From: Octopus vulgaris
Taxonomy: Eukaryota
Length of the DNA stretch: 64,000 nt
Assembly (NCBI GenBank): GCA_951406725.2
Contig: OX597819.1
Coordinates: 106,702,001-106,766,000 of the forward strand
Direction of reading: 5' to 3'
The notes below the pieces were generated by a model, which saw nothing but the letters and a program-made list of their open reading frames with translations, was not told where the DNA came from and did no database searches. Positions 27,478 to 42,831 of the stretch are shown one piece after another (position 1 is the stretch's first letter; every line of letters starts with the position of its first letter). The position numbers and the translations under genes were made by a program.

Positions 27478-27483
<6 letters not shown>
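27150..27483. mobile_element. AT-rich repeat present as a ~105-bp-arm inverted repeat
   Basis: 27150-27254 is a near-perfect reverse complement of 27291-27395; flanked by (TA)n on both sides. Confidence 0.8.
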
Positions 27484-27511
<28 letters not shown>

Positions 27512-27526
27512 GTATATAACAAAGTG

Positions 27527-27560
<34 letters not shown>

Positions 27561-27834
27561 GATTTGCGCACCGCGCTATCTATTTTGTTCTTGAGCATGA
27601 CACTTCATTTAACGTTGCTCTAGTTCACTTAGCGGTAGATATGAGTTGTGACGGCATTGGTGCCAATCTCTGCCGGTCTTTGCTTTTCTGTAGAATATTG
27701 GCGGCGTGGAGAGCGAACACTAGTATGCATGTGTGACTGGTTTTATTCGTGAAACAGCCTTCCCGGATTTCAGCCGCGGAGTGAAAAGTTCTAGGTACAG
27801 TCCCATGGTCTTCCATGACCATTTTACCTGACAA

Positions 27835-28130
27835 ATGGTTGTAAGTGAAACACGGACACTGTACAGGCGTCAAATTACATGGCTTGTCTCCATCCATTTC
27901 CGATGAAATCAAGTGGCAGGACAAAGTCTCTTAAAGCCCGTTTTACGGTCAGCTTTACTCTGTCATAAGACCTTCTTGAAAATGTGCAATATGTATTTGA
28001 CAAGATAATATTTGATAGCATTTTATAGGGCTCGGTGAAGAAGATTTTCTATCTGTCCAACATTTAGGCAGCCTCGGCCAAACACCTGAAGGAGAAAAGA
28101 GCCAAGCATTTAGCGAAATCCAGTTTACCA
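27835..28130 (+). mobile_element. Decayed RTE-clade LINE 3' fragment
   Basis: SETRTLYRRQITWL...IKWQDKVS...LKEKRAK resemble the RTE/BovB C-terminal ETWT.Y.R / IKWQDK motifs. Confidence 0.55.
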
Positions 28131-28788
28131 GCAGATGGTGGTGTTCACCACTGAAACGCCTGCGTCAGCCTGTACAAATCTTAGTCAAGTTTCAATTTGT
28201 ACATGTGACGACGAGGCAAAACAGCGAACTCAGAACACTGTGCAGCTTTGTCCTGCTGAATATTCGTCGAAGCGACTGGAGTGTCCAACAAAAATATGTA
28301 TTAAAAAAATTACCAATAGCACATACTGAATGCTTGCTGCTAATCGCTTGTGAATATAGCAATGTGCTCTAAAGGAAGTCTTTTTAAAAATGTATAGTAA
28401 TAAATTCATGAGTATACAGCAAAGCTAAGCGAATCAAAACAGCCCTAGAAATAGACAAGAACTACAGATATAGATATTTCATGATAAACAGTTCCATATA
28501 TTCGCTTCACTTCCGAAACGAAATCAAATTATAAGGTAGAAGAATATCTATAGCACCGCACATGAAGAACGAAACGAAAATTTTGTGTTGGAAGACGACC
28601 AATAACGTAAGCATTACAAATACCATATATTATTATATGTGTAATATTTACATACTTAATGCATGTTGTCTAACAAGAGACATATTTCAAGTATGTGAAA
28701 TTGGTAGTGTTTATGTTACTGAGCTACTTCTTACGCAAAATTGATGCATACGTACATACATACATACATACATACATACATACATACA

Positions 28789-28820
<32 letters not shown>

Positions 28821-29507
28821 GACACACACATATATATATATATTTGTTTTCATATAAGTGTGTTTGGATGTATGCCTTTGTATGAGTGCATGTATATGAA
28901 TGCACACATATTGATAAACAGATTGATATCAGGAAATATTCTATGTAACTTTTACTGATTACTCTTTATCCATTGTATATAATATATGAGAAGTAGTTTG
29001 TGTAAATACGCACTCGCGCAAACCTATTCACACACACACGCACACATATTCACACACACACGCACACACATAACAAGAGTGGATATATAGTTCTGCACAA
29101 CGTCTGTTTGTTAAATTTTATTCAAAACTGGATATAAAGACAATTTCTGTTAAGAAATCAAGACTGTTCTATAATGCAATTGTTTTAGGCGTTTTGCAGC
29201 CATATTGAACCTACTACAACATGTTTCCGAAGAGAACTACATAATAACCCGTCTTTGCATGCATCTCTCATGTAATTTTCCTATTTCCATTCAATCGTTT
29301 TAACGTTAAGATATAATATGCGACGTATAAATTCATGTGTGTAGAAGAACAACAGCGATTGTTGACGCCATTTTCTCGTACTGAACCACCTTCATGTGTT
29401 TTGCGTATCATCCTAAACTGTATATAATATGCTATTATTTATTTAATAGATCATTATAGCTAACAGATAGCAAACCTCCAAAATTAATCACACTCGTGGG
29501 TGTAAGA

Positions 29508-29611
<104 letters not shown>

Positions 29612-30252
29612 TTATATATATATATGTATATATATATATGCACACATATATATATATATGTATACATATATATATATATATGTATATGTGTGTGTATATA
29701 TGTATGTATATGTGTGTGTATATATGCTTATTCCTATTTATATATACATACACACAGACGCACATATGTATATATAAATTCATTCATGTACATATATGCA
29801 TAAAAGTGTGTATGCGTGTGCCTTTAGTGTCCGTGTGTTTGTGTGTGTGTGTGTGCACACGTGTGTGTATCAATAAAGAGACAGGAAATATTTTGCAATG
29901 TAGCCAGAGATATTAGGCTCATAAATAGTAAATACAAATTTACTGAATTTTAGCAGTAGTCCAACAAAATGAATAAACGAAGACAACCATTTAAAGGCAC
30001 ATCAATCACATTGCTGCAAATATATAAAAAAAAATGACAGGATAAATGGCTCAGAAGATTGCCTCACTATCAGATGAAACTGTGTTCGATCTTTCCGCGC
30101 GTCTTGCAGTGAGAGTGTTTTCTAAAATTCCGAAATATGAATTTCGTACATAGTAGTGATGGTCTACGCCACTGAAGAGAAATACAGTGAACGCACCGTG
30201 GAGTACATACTCATGCTGCGAGGCATCACAAACATTTAAACATTTGAATAGG

Positions 30253-30363
<111 letters not shown>

Positions 30364-30582
30364 AAAATAACTAAGTCTCTCTAAAAGAGAACAGCGGCAG
30401 CGTTCCCGGAAAATAATAGTTATCGCCATACTAATATGGCATTCTTATAAAAATAAGAAAAAAGCTGTCCGCTTATTAGCTCCATGAGGCCATCGCCTTA
30501 AGTTAGCTATTTGATACACAAACTGTATCCATATAACCTTCGTAACAAGGGAGGTCAGTCGCTCCACACTACTTGACCGGCA

Positions 30583-30624
30583 GCTACAGACGCGTTTCGG
30601 GGTATTGCCCCTTTTCAATGCAGC
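30583..30624 (-). ncRNA. Hammerhead candidate, U3-A8 variant (inverted copy)
   Basis: Exact reverse complement of 31034-31075. Confidence 0.7.
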
Positions 30625-31033
30625 GTAGCCAGCCAGTAGGTGTCGCTTCCGACAATCTCTGTTCGATGGTTTTATTTACCTAGTTTCGGTGGAATACATC
30701 CACTTGTTTTCAATAATAGAAATATTAAAATAACTAAGTCTCTCTAAAAGTTCGAAGGTTATATGGATACAGTTTGTGTATCAAATAGCTAACTTAAGGC
30801 GATGGCCTCATGGAGCTAATAAGCGGACAGCTTTTTTCTTATTTTTATAAGAATGCCATATTAGTATGGCGATAACTATTATTTTCCGGGAACGCTGCCG
30901 CTGTTCTCTTTTAGAGAGACTTAGTTATTTTAATATTTCTATTATTGAAAACAAGTGGATGTATTCCACCGAAACTAGGTAAATAAAACCATCGAACAGA
31001 GATTGTCGGAAGCGACACCTACTGGCTGGCTAC

Positions 31034-31075
31034 GCTGCATTGAAAAGGGGCAATACCCCGAAACGCGTCTGTAGC
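31034..31075 (+). ncRNA. Hammerhead candidate, U3-A8 variant
   Basis: GCTGCA-TTGAAAA-GGGG(caata)CCCC-GAAA-CGCG-TC-TGTAGC. Confidence 0.7.
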
Positions 31076-31241
31076 TGCCGGTCAAGTAGTGTGGAGCGAC
31101 TGACCTCCCTTGTTCGAAGGTTATATGGATACAGTTTGTGTATCAAATAGCTAACTTAAGGCGATGGCCTCATGGAGCTAATAAGCGGACAGCTTTTTTC
31201 TTATTTTTATAAGAATGCCATATTAGTATGGCGATAACTAT

Positions 31242-31304
<63 letters not shown>

Positions 31305-31312
<8 letters not shown>

Positions 31313-31510
31313 ATCCAAACATGAATGAAGAGAAAAATACAACAACGCCAGGATGTGGAATAAGTATAGTGTTATTGGACGTTCAGGAAAGGAAAGTAAG
31401 ATGGAAAAATTTACCGTTTCGAGCGGAGCTCTTCCTCAGAAACATAGAAAAAGGAAAGGTCCAAGGAAGGGAAGACGGAGAAAGAAAATCGCCAATGATA
31501 CACACGCAGT
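31305..31510 (-). mobile_element. Short HHR-bearing repeat, family A
   Basis: Minus strand 31409-31443: GTTT-CTGAGGA-a-GAGC(tcc)GCTC-GAAA-CGGT-AAAT; same termini as 26165-26378. Confidence 0.8.
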
Positions 31511-31526
31511 CGCATACACGCGCGGT

Positions 31527-31578
<52 letters not shown>

Positions 31579-32021
31579 TAGCCAATTCATGGGCATCTAT
31601 TTTCAACCAAAAGATAGCAAGGTATTCACACACACACACATGCATGCACAGACACGTGTACATGTATTCTAACAAGTGGCAACAGTGGACCACGAAGGAA
31701 CATAAGGAAACCAAATAAAAAAGTAAACATTTTTCCAAGGAACAAGTTAATAATTTTCTGTTCAAATACATTGGGAATAACGCGGAAGAGAAATGATAGG
31801 AATAAAACAGGGAAGAAAATGGGATTATGAGAATGAAGCAATAAGGTAGAGAAAAGAGTTACTGAATGGTAATAATCAGCTGTAGAGAATATCGAAAAGG
31901 AATGAAAAACAAGTGGTAACTATCGCGTCAGGTATTGCTACGTGCAATAATAAACACGCCCTCATATACATATAAAAGTACGCACAACCATACACATATA
32001 CATAATTACATATACATGCAT

Positions 32022-32092
<71 letters not shown>

Positions 32093-32450
32093 AATATCTA
32101 AAAGAAGGAAAATGCTCACATTTTACATAGTTTTAATATATTTTTAAATATATTTTATATTGTGTATGCCGACCAGTTTCGCTTTCGTTAATGAAAACAT
32201 TGAAATTATTGTAATTCAAGAAGATTTCAGCCCACGTATGATGTAGAAAAATCTAATGTGATGTAATTGGTGATCGTTATTACTGGGGACAGGGTAGGTA
32301 AGTGTTCATCTTTTGGAAGGGGATTAACATACACAAAAATCCCAAGCTAAAGTATTGGGATGAAATATGTACAGTGATGGGTATGTGATCATGAATTAAA
32401 ATATATACTGAGACCAAAGCTGGTTACGCGTTCATATTTAGACGTGTTCT

Positions 32451-32735
32451 CTAATTTTCGATGAGCAAATTTTCCTTATTTAAACGTTCTTGTACAGAAA
32501 GTGCTTCTTTGCACTGGTAGATGGGGGAAACTGTGAAGTTTGGTGGGGTATTACCTGCATATCTCACTATGTGTACACTCAAAGGAATCTTTCTGTATTG
32601 CATGTACTGGATCTGTTCCTTATTTATTGTGGCTCTCCGTCTTAGTGTCAAACTTGACAGTCCTATATAGTTATGTTCATAATCTGAGCAAGTTATAACA
32701 TAAGTTAGATTCTCGAATGTATAAGTGAAGTTGGT
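32451..32735 (-). pseudogene. PLE GIY-YIG endonuclease fragment
   Basis: NFTYTFENLTYVITCSDYEHNYIGLSSLTLRRR...QYRKIPLSVH...ERLNKENLLI; homologous to ORF 2480-2998; possible RT relic continues to ~33200. Confidence 0.75.
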
Positions 32736-33698
32736 TTTATATATATATCTACATACACTAACATATTATATATATTCTAACCTCCTTATATATGCATATA
32801 TATATATACGTACACACACAGATTTTGCGCATACGCTGAGGAGGGAAGTAGGACTTTAGTAAATACCCATGTATGCTTAGACAAAAGTGTTGAGACACTA
32901 ATCATGTGCACGATGATAAGAAGCATAGAGCGTTTTCGAAGATGTGCCCCAGTAATTAAGGAGCCATTCCTTTGTGCTTCCATGTGAAAATTTAGTCGCG
33001 GTCCAAGGGCGATTCTACAAATATAGAAGAAATTCAAGACGTTTCCTTGTGAATCGAAATTACTAGTTATATGTTAGGAGTGTCCGTTGGTCTTATCTAC
33101 GTAGGATCTTATTTGTAGCCATCAGTTGGTTTCTCTATTGATTAATGTTTTAATATATATGAGGTTTCTGGATGCATATTGAAGTTGATCGTAGATAAGG
33201 AGCACGTCTTGCGTAGCGGACAAGAGCGTTCTAAAACAGAACACGGAGGGGAATATTTAATGCTTAAAACGACATCTCTAAATATAATTTAAGTATGTAA
33301 TCGCTGTAGCTTTATATATGATTTTGTATTCAGAAGTACCTGAATTTAAGAATTGCTTCCAAGGAAATTTTATAACAATATTTCGTTAGCTTTACAGTAG
33401 CCAATAAAAAAATTTAGTAATTTAAGGTAAAGAATTACTCCATAAAGTTTTGCTAATTTACAAAATATAAGATGTCTGCGAACAGAGGCTATTATTGCAA
33501 AAGACGCTTGCTGTATATTTCAGTTTTCAAACGTTTGAGAATCTAAAATAGTTTTGCTCTATGTGTGTATATGCGCGCATGTGTGTGTGAGCATAGGTAT
33601 ATAGATACATTGATAGATGTAAAGATAATTAAATAGACAGATAGATAGATAGTTAGATAGATACAGAGAGAGAGAGAGAGAGAGAGAAGAGATAGATA

Positions 33699-33775
<77 letters not shown>

Positions 33776-33778
33776 GAT

Positions 33779-33859
<81 letters not shown>

Positions 33860-34296
33860 AAGAATGTGCAAATATATGAGTATGTATATGTATAGTCGCA
33901 AAATATATTCACACAGGCGAAGAATTAATGATAAATTAGTTTGTCCAACAAAAGTAAGTTGTATTTATTTTGCAGAAAATCTGTTATGAAACTTGTCATC
34001 TGAAATACAGTGTACCTTATATTGGTTCATAGTAATTGATAATCGACAAAGTTATTGATGCAAAACTGTTTGATTATCATCCTTATAATAGCTGCCATCC
34101 CTAGAGAAAACGATGTATTGTATATAATCATATAAATTGATATATATACATAGATATATGTACACACACACACATATAACTCTTATGGAAAACCATTCAC
34201 ATTAATAATAGACATTTTAGATGGTGAAAAGTTATTGTTTGAAATACATTTTACTATATACTCAAATATTCTGGAGCTATTGTAATATTTTTGTCA

Positions 34297-34650
34297 TTAC
34301 TTTTTACTCTCTTTTACTCTTTTACTTGTTTCAGTCATTTGACTGCGGCCATGCCGGAGCCCAGTACTTATTCTATCGGTCTCTTTTTGCCTAACCGCTA
34401 AGTGACGGGGACGTAAACACACCAGCATCGGTTGTCAAGCAATGCTAAGGGGACAAACACAGACACACAAACACACACATACATATATGTATACGACAGG
34501 CTTCTTTCAGTTTCCGTCTACCAAATCCACTCACAAGGCATTGGTCGGCCCGGGGCTATAGCAGAAGACACTTTCCCAAGATTCCACGCAGTGGGACTGA
34601 ACCCGGAACCATGAGGCTGGTTAGCAAGCTACTTACCACACAGCCACTCC
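34297..34650 (-). mobile_element. tRNA-derived SINE (family of 42618-43091)
   Basis: Reverse complement of head GGCTGTGTGGTAAGTAGCTTGCT...GGTTCCGGGTTCAGTCCCACTGCGTGG through the (AGTAAAAG) tail. Confidence 0.9.
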
Positions 34651-36099
34651 CCCAATGGTAAATAATCCCATGAGTATTTCTTATATTGTACATCATGTTT
34701 TATTAATTTCCCACTCGCTCCCTAATTCCTTGTCAAGCCTGCAGCTAGTGAAAAAGCGTCAGATAGGATGACATAAACTGGTACATACCTTTCGTTCATA
34801 CTAGTAACATTAGTATTCATCATCAGTTAAAATCAAATTTTGTTACCTCACATGCTTTAGCTACTTAATATTTTCAAATCCCTTATATTTTACATACATT
34901 ATATAAAATTATAACCCTGTCTCGCTATATACAATTACTGCGCATAAAAAAGATGCGGCATCCAATGCGACTGGTAGATATCTACCTCGGCAAAGCTAAT
35001 CCTCAATTAGCAGGAATGTTTGTTTTCAAGTGCATGAATGCTCACATTCTAATATTTAACTCACTAGGCCTTTTTGAGCAAAATAAAAACACGAAACAAA
35101 ACAAAAAACATACAGGTAAATGCAGAAAGTGGTAAAATAGCAAGATGGATAGGGAGAGGATAGTATCAGTAGAGTGTAAAAGGAGTGATGTCAGAAGAAT
35201 CAAAATGAGGATGTGGAGTCGTAAAAATATGCAGTAAACAGCATTTTAATCGAAATAGGAGAGTAGGAGTAAAATTCAGGTCTGGTTATTAAGTTTGGAT
35301 TGATTACCAAAGGGCAATTGCAAAACAAACAGAGGTACGAACATATTTCTAGTATATGCCGCCATTCAAAAGGAAATTAGACAAAGAGAGAATATTACAC
35401 CCTATAAATCTCGAGGTTTTAAGATCCAACAAGATTGCTATCTTTCGTTCTTTCAAAGTCGATACAATATTCTTTAAGTCAAGTACTGGGTTACTTTATG
35501 TCGACCATGCTATGTTTTTAAATCTTTCGACTTCATCCTACGTCAGCAATAATGGTTATTATTGAGTAAAAAATATAAAATAGTTGGAGAATATCATAAC
35601 ACTATACCTAAACTACAATGCACAATACTAAACTCATATCTTAAATTTTATTTTTCGAAAATAGTTATTTCTGGCAGTAAATTATTCAATATTTTCCGCT
35701 GTCATCATTGAACTGATAATTTTCGTCTGTAAACATTGTGAAAAATTTTCCTTAATTTGACTATTATTTTCAATCGATATTTCTGCAATACGAGTGTGAA
35801 ATGTTTTTTCTTCTGTTACCTTAAGCTTGTTATCTAAAGCTTGTTAATAATACGAACCACACGTTCCTCCAACAAATGATATCTGTTTTTGTTTTTTTCC
35901 AAAAATACAAATTTTTTTATCAGATTGATACCATTATTAAATATAAAAGCGTGATTTAGAACCACTGTTGTATTGAAAAATAGAAAGCCAAATATTATTT
36001 AAAATGCATTTAAAGTAATTTAACTAAATTCGTGATTTGAAACTACACGTTTGGGATCAAATTTGGACAGTTTTATCAAATGTTTTTTAAAATTTTTAT

Positions 36100-36294
<195 letters not shown>

Positions 36295-36996
36295 CATAAT
36301 GTATGCTTGCTTTCAATTATTCTTTATGGTCTTGCTTCAAGAATGCTTGCGTTTCACGTTGTCTTCGTTTAGTTAATCTCATATATTTTACCTCCACTCC
36401 CACCACTTCTGTATTCCTCCTGAATCACATACTTTATTATTTTCCATCTGTTTATTTGTACTTGTTTCACAATCTAAATATATCTATATCTATCTATATA
36501 CATATATGTGAGTATGCATGTTTTTGTGTGAGAGTGTATGTGTATGTGTATGTGTGTGTGTGTGTTAGTGCATGCTGCAATTTTCTGACCGTAAATATCT
36601 GACAACCTCTCAAATCCATTCGTGCACCTCCATAAAATGCATGAATTTCTTCTTCTCAATCATTCTCTTAATCGTTCTATCTCTCTTATTCTCCCTGTCA
36701 CCCGCTACTTTGTTCGCTTATCACGTTACATTTGAAATTTTACCATTTATTGTAGATATTTATCTTCGTTCCATTCACGTCACCCATTGTTTGGTACTTT
36801 TTGCTTCTCACTCTTATCTTTTAATCCCACCTTATATTTAATTCAGCTAACACCTACCTGACTCACAAACGGATGACTTCTCTCTGTCTATAAACCTATC
36901 TATATTATCAAACACTCTATATAAAACCTTTTTCTCCGTTGTTAACCCCTTATAACACACGCCCACGCACACGCACACACACACACACACACATAC

Positions 36997-37122
<126 letters not shown>

Positions 37123-37800
37123 ATGTATGTTGCGAATGAATCCAGATGCATCTTCTCTGAGGAACTGTCAACAAATAGTGCATCAGGAGAATCACTCCCT
37201 CTATTCCTGCCTATTAATCGCTGTGGGATGAATAATCAGTGTTATTTTTATCATTATTTTTATTTTCTTCTCATCACCCTCTTCTCACTACAAGTATTCT
37301 GGCTATCGTTGTTGTCGTTATTACCAATTTCACCCGTTTTTCCCTTTTGTCTGTCTAATGTCGTTGCTAGTGGTAAACTGAAGCAGTTTTTAAACCAACA
37401 AATGAAATTTGAAATCAGGGACAACGTACTAAATGACCCTTCTGAGAATGGTTCATCCATATACACTAATTACATATTGCCTTTTCCTCCTTCTTCATGT
37501 CCTTGACCTCCTCATCTTCTACCGCCTCCTCTTCCACCACCTCCACCATCCTTCCCCGCTCCTCCTCCTCCTCCACTTCCTCCTTCTCCTCCTCCTCCTC
37601 CTCCTCCTTCTTTTTCTTCTTTTTCTTCTTCTTCTCACATAATGATTATACTGATTATTCGTCTCCTAAGCCTACTTTTATCTACTTTTTCTTTCATCCC
37701 GATATAAGCAATAAAATCAATGACTGGAAGACGCACAGTGGAGGAGCGCAGGTTTGATGTATGTCTGATGGAATGACACTCTAACGTCTAAAACCGCAAA

Positions 37801-39053
37801 TCTGTATATATATAAAAGGCATGATGTGTATGTGTGTGTGTGTGTAAGTGAATGTAAATTATGCATGTCCAAAAATTAGCACGCATGTCGCTCAAATTTT
37901 AGGACATTCGTCACGACCCTAGCTGTATTTTCGTCAAATTATTTTCCCCCGAAGCAGCAGCGAATAACGGTAAAAATAATTTTGAGCCATAACTTTTAAG
38001 CATTTTCAAGTCGAAGAAATAGGCCCTTTGAAAATATGCGACGGTAGAGAGAGAACAGATTTTAAAATTTCGTAGGGGTTGTTATGTATGTATGTGTGAA
38101 TGGCTTCAGTCACACACACACACGAACATGTATGCGTACAAATCACATGTATGCAATGTGTGTGTGTGTGTTGCCCGAGACACACTCCTTCGCAAAAGAT
38201 CAGCTATTATTTTGTAAACAATGTTTCGAAACTGTTGCATTTTGTAAATAATGTTTCGAAAATAGGTGTATGTACGTATATGTGTGTGTGTGTGTGTTGC
38301 TCATATATATATACTTAGTCGTGATCTGTACATAACCGCTTCTCACACAGAGGATCGGGGGTCCTTTTGGGCGTTCTATTTTCTTTGCTGGAAGGGTACC
38401 CAAGCCATGGGCAAAGGGGGGGGTGTTATATGATGGGGGTGGTGTTTTCAAAAGGGTTGGCATATGCAACCTGATCACCTCTGCCGATCAAACTCCCAAC
38501 CCATGCGCTCCCGTCATGACCCTGATTCTGCAGAACTGGGTTGGGTATGAAAACCAACTTTAAAGTATAAATATTGATGTATTTGAATCAGCAATGTTGT
38601 GTTCGGTTAAGTCCTATTTGGAGTGGAAAATCAATAAACTGATTCCTTATGGGGCTTTCTATTTAATCAGGATAAAAAAAAATCGACAAACCGATTTCTT
38701 ATAGGACTTCCCACTAAAATTGGCTACATCCCCATTCTCAAGCATAACCTTTACCAATTTTGATGTATTTTGTTCTTGATGCCAGTATTACTTAGGACTC
38801 GTGGGATCTTTGAATGCTTTATGTTCTCCAAAAACGAAAACAAAAATCGATGAGGAGAAAAATCGATAAACCGATTCCGTATGGAATCTCCCAATTAAAT
38901 TGTCCGCAACTCATTTTCAGCCAAAAATTTACCAATTTCAATGGATTTCGTTCAAGTTTGACGTCGATATTACTCAGTTTGGTTTGAAATAAAAAGCTTG
39001 ATTAGCTTAATAATCCTAACTTAACCCCGAGCAAACCCGGGTTATACTGCTAG
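37801..39053 (+). mobile_element. Non-autonomous Helitron
   Basis: Inserted between A and T; 5' TC(TGTATATATATAAA); 3' hairpin TAACCC...GGGTTA (39022-39044) then CTAG (39050-39053); no TIRs or TSD; internal repeated AAATC.A.AAAC.GATT modules. Confidence 0.85.
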
Positions 39054-39521
39054 TATTCCGTAAATGTTTATGTCAACTGCAGTAGCAAGCAGCCACGCGT
39101 ATTTGACCATAATATTATAGCATGTACAATGCTTTTCCTAATTACAAACGTGTATAGACAAAGGAAGCCAAATCTCTCCCAAGTGATGTAATTTCAATCT
39201 TTGCTAGACAACACATTGGAGTTGTCCTTGTTGCATATAAAAATCTGAACAAATTTACTGTACCTTTCTGTCATCGGCTTGCTTTTGAAATGAAACCTAC
39301 GGTTATACAGCAATGAAGATTTAAAAATGAGAGATAGGAACTGCACAGCATAACTTATACATTGAAAGAAACTTCATTTTAAAGTATTTCATTTCTGTTT
39401 TAGGTCACTTTAATGAATTACATTGATGTTCAACAAAACAATATTTTTGAATTATCTGGCATATCGTACAGTCATTTTATTATACATCTACATATATAAA
39501 ATGTATTTTCTATAAAGAGTT

Positions 39522-39586
<65 letters not shown>

Positions 39587-39632
39587 ATTGACTTAGAAGA
39601 GACATAGAGATAGGTGGTAGAGAAACTTATAT

Positions 39633-39850
39633 GCGAGCTTGCTGAAAAGTTCCTTGCTTTAAGGGTGACGAGGAAGTCCTGGCTGTTCGGTCCAAGCCTC
39701 CGAGTTCTTTTACAGAACTTGGAAAAAATTAGCAACCGTTGCAATCCGTGTGTGAATTTGAGAGGGGAATATGTGGAATAAATTCATAATTAACTGATCC
39801 TCCTGTAATTTCATTTACCCATACCCAGGAACTTTTCTGCACCCACTCCA
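39633..39850 (+). mobile_element. mariner-derived MITE
   Basis: Inverted ends TGCTGAAAAGTTCCT / AGGAACTTTTCTGCA; internal RCNPCVNLRGEYVE* is a mariner transposase C-terminus. Confidence 0.8.
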
Positions 39851-42316
39851 TATTTGATCATAAAATAGAAAATAAAGAGCAGTTGATAACGAGATGGCTA
39901 TCGCACCAATCATATCTTCTCTTATCTTCATTTGGTAAGGATGATAAAGAAATGCATGTGCAACTTGGAGGATTGAGGAATATACGAAATACTGCAATTT
40001 GCTTGTAGATGTCTTTGTATTTCGTCGAAACAATCATACATGCATACATATCTATAAGTGTGTGTATGCGTGTGTTCATGTATTTGTGTTTATGAGTGTG
40101 TTAATTCACATATCTTTCTTTCTCTACGTGCGATAATGTACTTCTTTTAAACATTCAGTATACTGTACTACTGTATCAATGTCGTCACTAAACAATACCC
40201 AATAAAAACAGTATGGTAAGATTAATAAGTATTTATGTCGAGGAATCTAAAGTCACACTGCTGCTATACACAGAAATAGCAAAGACCACAATGGAAGTAA
40301 GTTTGCCAAGAACTACCATTAACACGCAACGGCTTTTGGTTCACAAACACTGATACCGTACCCTGTCTCTCCTACCACTAACATAACGGTCTCTACCAAC
40401 CCTTATACCTAGCTAGGACCGCACTACCACCACCATCAGCATAACCTTCCCGGCCTTCATATCTCTTACTCCTCTAGTCAGCCATTTTGTATGTCCCCTC
40501 TGAAATTCCACACTAACACAATTAGGCAAATGCCAGTGTGTCGATATGCTCCCTCATCAGATCAGTGACACTTGAATTTTCTTCTCGATTTTATTCGCGT
40601 CACTGACTCCTGCTCGCAGTTAATATCATAAACAATAATCTGACCAGCATCGGTGGAGGTGGGTGCGAACACCATTGCCATAGTATGTTCCTCTAGAATG
40701 AAACTAAAAAAGACACATAGTTGTAAGACACATAATCCTTCAGTAACTAGCGTTAAAAAATGTGTTCATTGTATTTTGTATTCTGATATTAATTGCTTAA
40801 TTATACTATTCGTGGGTGTCATTCAGTCTGGTAATTTATTGACATAGAAATATTGACAAAGTTACAAATAATCTTTTATTTCACGGCAGCGGTTGCTGTC
40901 TCCAGTGGTGTTATGGCATATTTATTTAACCCCGGGTTAGATTCTTTACAAAGCTATTCCATCTGTGATGATATAGGATTTTTTTCTAGATGTACTTTAG
41001 GACTACGTTAATGTATTCTTTTTTTAATATAGATGGATGTAATTGAGGAAGTTTGACTGCACTTTTTAGCAGATCACTTTACTGTTTATAGGCTCATCTC
41101 ATTGGTTCATGTTGTGTTAGTTGTTGGGAATTTTAGTATGTGTAGCTTGAGTCTCTAATTAGATTACTTCAATGTCTAGAAGGAGACATGCTGTCGTATG
41201 TGACTACACACAAACACAAAATATATTAAGAATGTCATTTGTATATTTGCACACACATCGTTACAGAAAATATATTTTATTGGTCCCGAATTAGAAGTGA
41301 AAATTATATCAAGCTGGGTTTGGGACTATAGAATTCAAGCTATAGCCACAATGATTTATCCGCTATTAGATAGGGCAACTTAGTTGATTTATGACGTCAC
41401 AGCCCAGTATGCTTCTTTTCAATACTAAGCATGCCGTTAAATACGTAAGTCATATTATGTATGTTATTAAATCTTAAATCATACAGAAAGGAACTTTTCA
41501 TTGGCTATTGAATGGTTCGCCAGTGTGAGATAGAATCGATTCTTTTCGTGCCATTCACAAAGACAAACCAAATATTGTTTTAGTAGTTAAGGTTGACAAT
41601 CGGATCGGTCAATAAACTTGACACTTTACTGTTGTCAGATACAACAAATACCGTTGAACGTTTCCTAGTAAATTCAAACAGCACCGAGCAAATATATTTG
41701 AAAGTATACTGTGATGTACAGAATAAATCTTGGCTTTTCAATTTTACTCTTTCTCATTCTCTCATCCAAGTTCATTCAGCCGCCATCTCTCTTGCTTTCT
41801 GTATACAGACGCAGAAAAGAATAAAACTACAACAATTAGAAAACAATTGTGCTTAGCTAAGATATGTTTCAATGGGGTTTTATCGAACAACATTCGATGA
41901 TTACTGATCTTTTAGTTACTGCCACTGTGAAGGGAAATTTATTAAACTAATATGGTTACTGAATTCTTTCGGTTGGCAAATGCCCAGCGTTTTTATGTAA
42001 GGAATGTGGCGTATTCAGTCCAACTAAGTTTATTATTCTTTCTTCTTTGTTGAAGGAATAAAAGAGCCTCATTGACATTACGAGGTTGCCTGAACAATTA
42101 GGCCTCCCATATTTACACTGAAGCTTCTTGAAAAAAATAACGCATTGGATATTGTAACGCAAAATACGCAATGCGTATTTTTCAATCAAATACACAATCA
42201 ATCAAACAATCAATTAATCAATAGATCAAACAATCACTCACTCACTCACTCACTCCCTCTCTCACACACTGACTAAGTCACTCAATCACTCACAAGATCA
42301 ATCAATCAGCCAGCCA

Positions 42317-42317
<1 letters not shown>

Positions 42318-42408
<91 letters not shown>

Positions 42409-42429
42409 GTCTGTCTGTCTATCTGTCTG

Positions 42430-42520
<91 letters not shown>

Positions 42521-42544
42521 GTCTGTCTATCTATCTATCTATCC

Positions 42545-42614
<70 letters not shown>
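42318..42614. repeat. (TCTA/TCTG)n microsatellite
   Basis: Long compound tetranucleotide run. Confidence 0.97.
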
Positions 42615-42617
42615 TTA

Positions 42618-42783
42618 GGGCGTATGAATGGCTGTGGGGAAAGTAGCTTGCTTACGAATCACATGGTTCCGGGTTCAGTCCCACTGCGTGGCACCTTGGG
42701 CAAGTGTCTTCTACTATACCTTTGGGGCGATCAAAGCCATCTGTGTGGATTTGGTAGACGGAAACCGAAAGAAGCCCATCGTA

Positions 42784-42831
<48 letters not shown>

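Noticed and set aside
28130-28170. Hammerhead-like CAGATG-GTGGTG/CACCAC-TGAAACGC..GCGTC
   Set aside because: Core lacks U4 and A9 and there is no convincing stem I.
41593-41856. 87-aa non-repetitive ORF
   Set aside because: Non-ATG start, no recognisable motif, and a length expected by chance.
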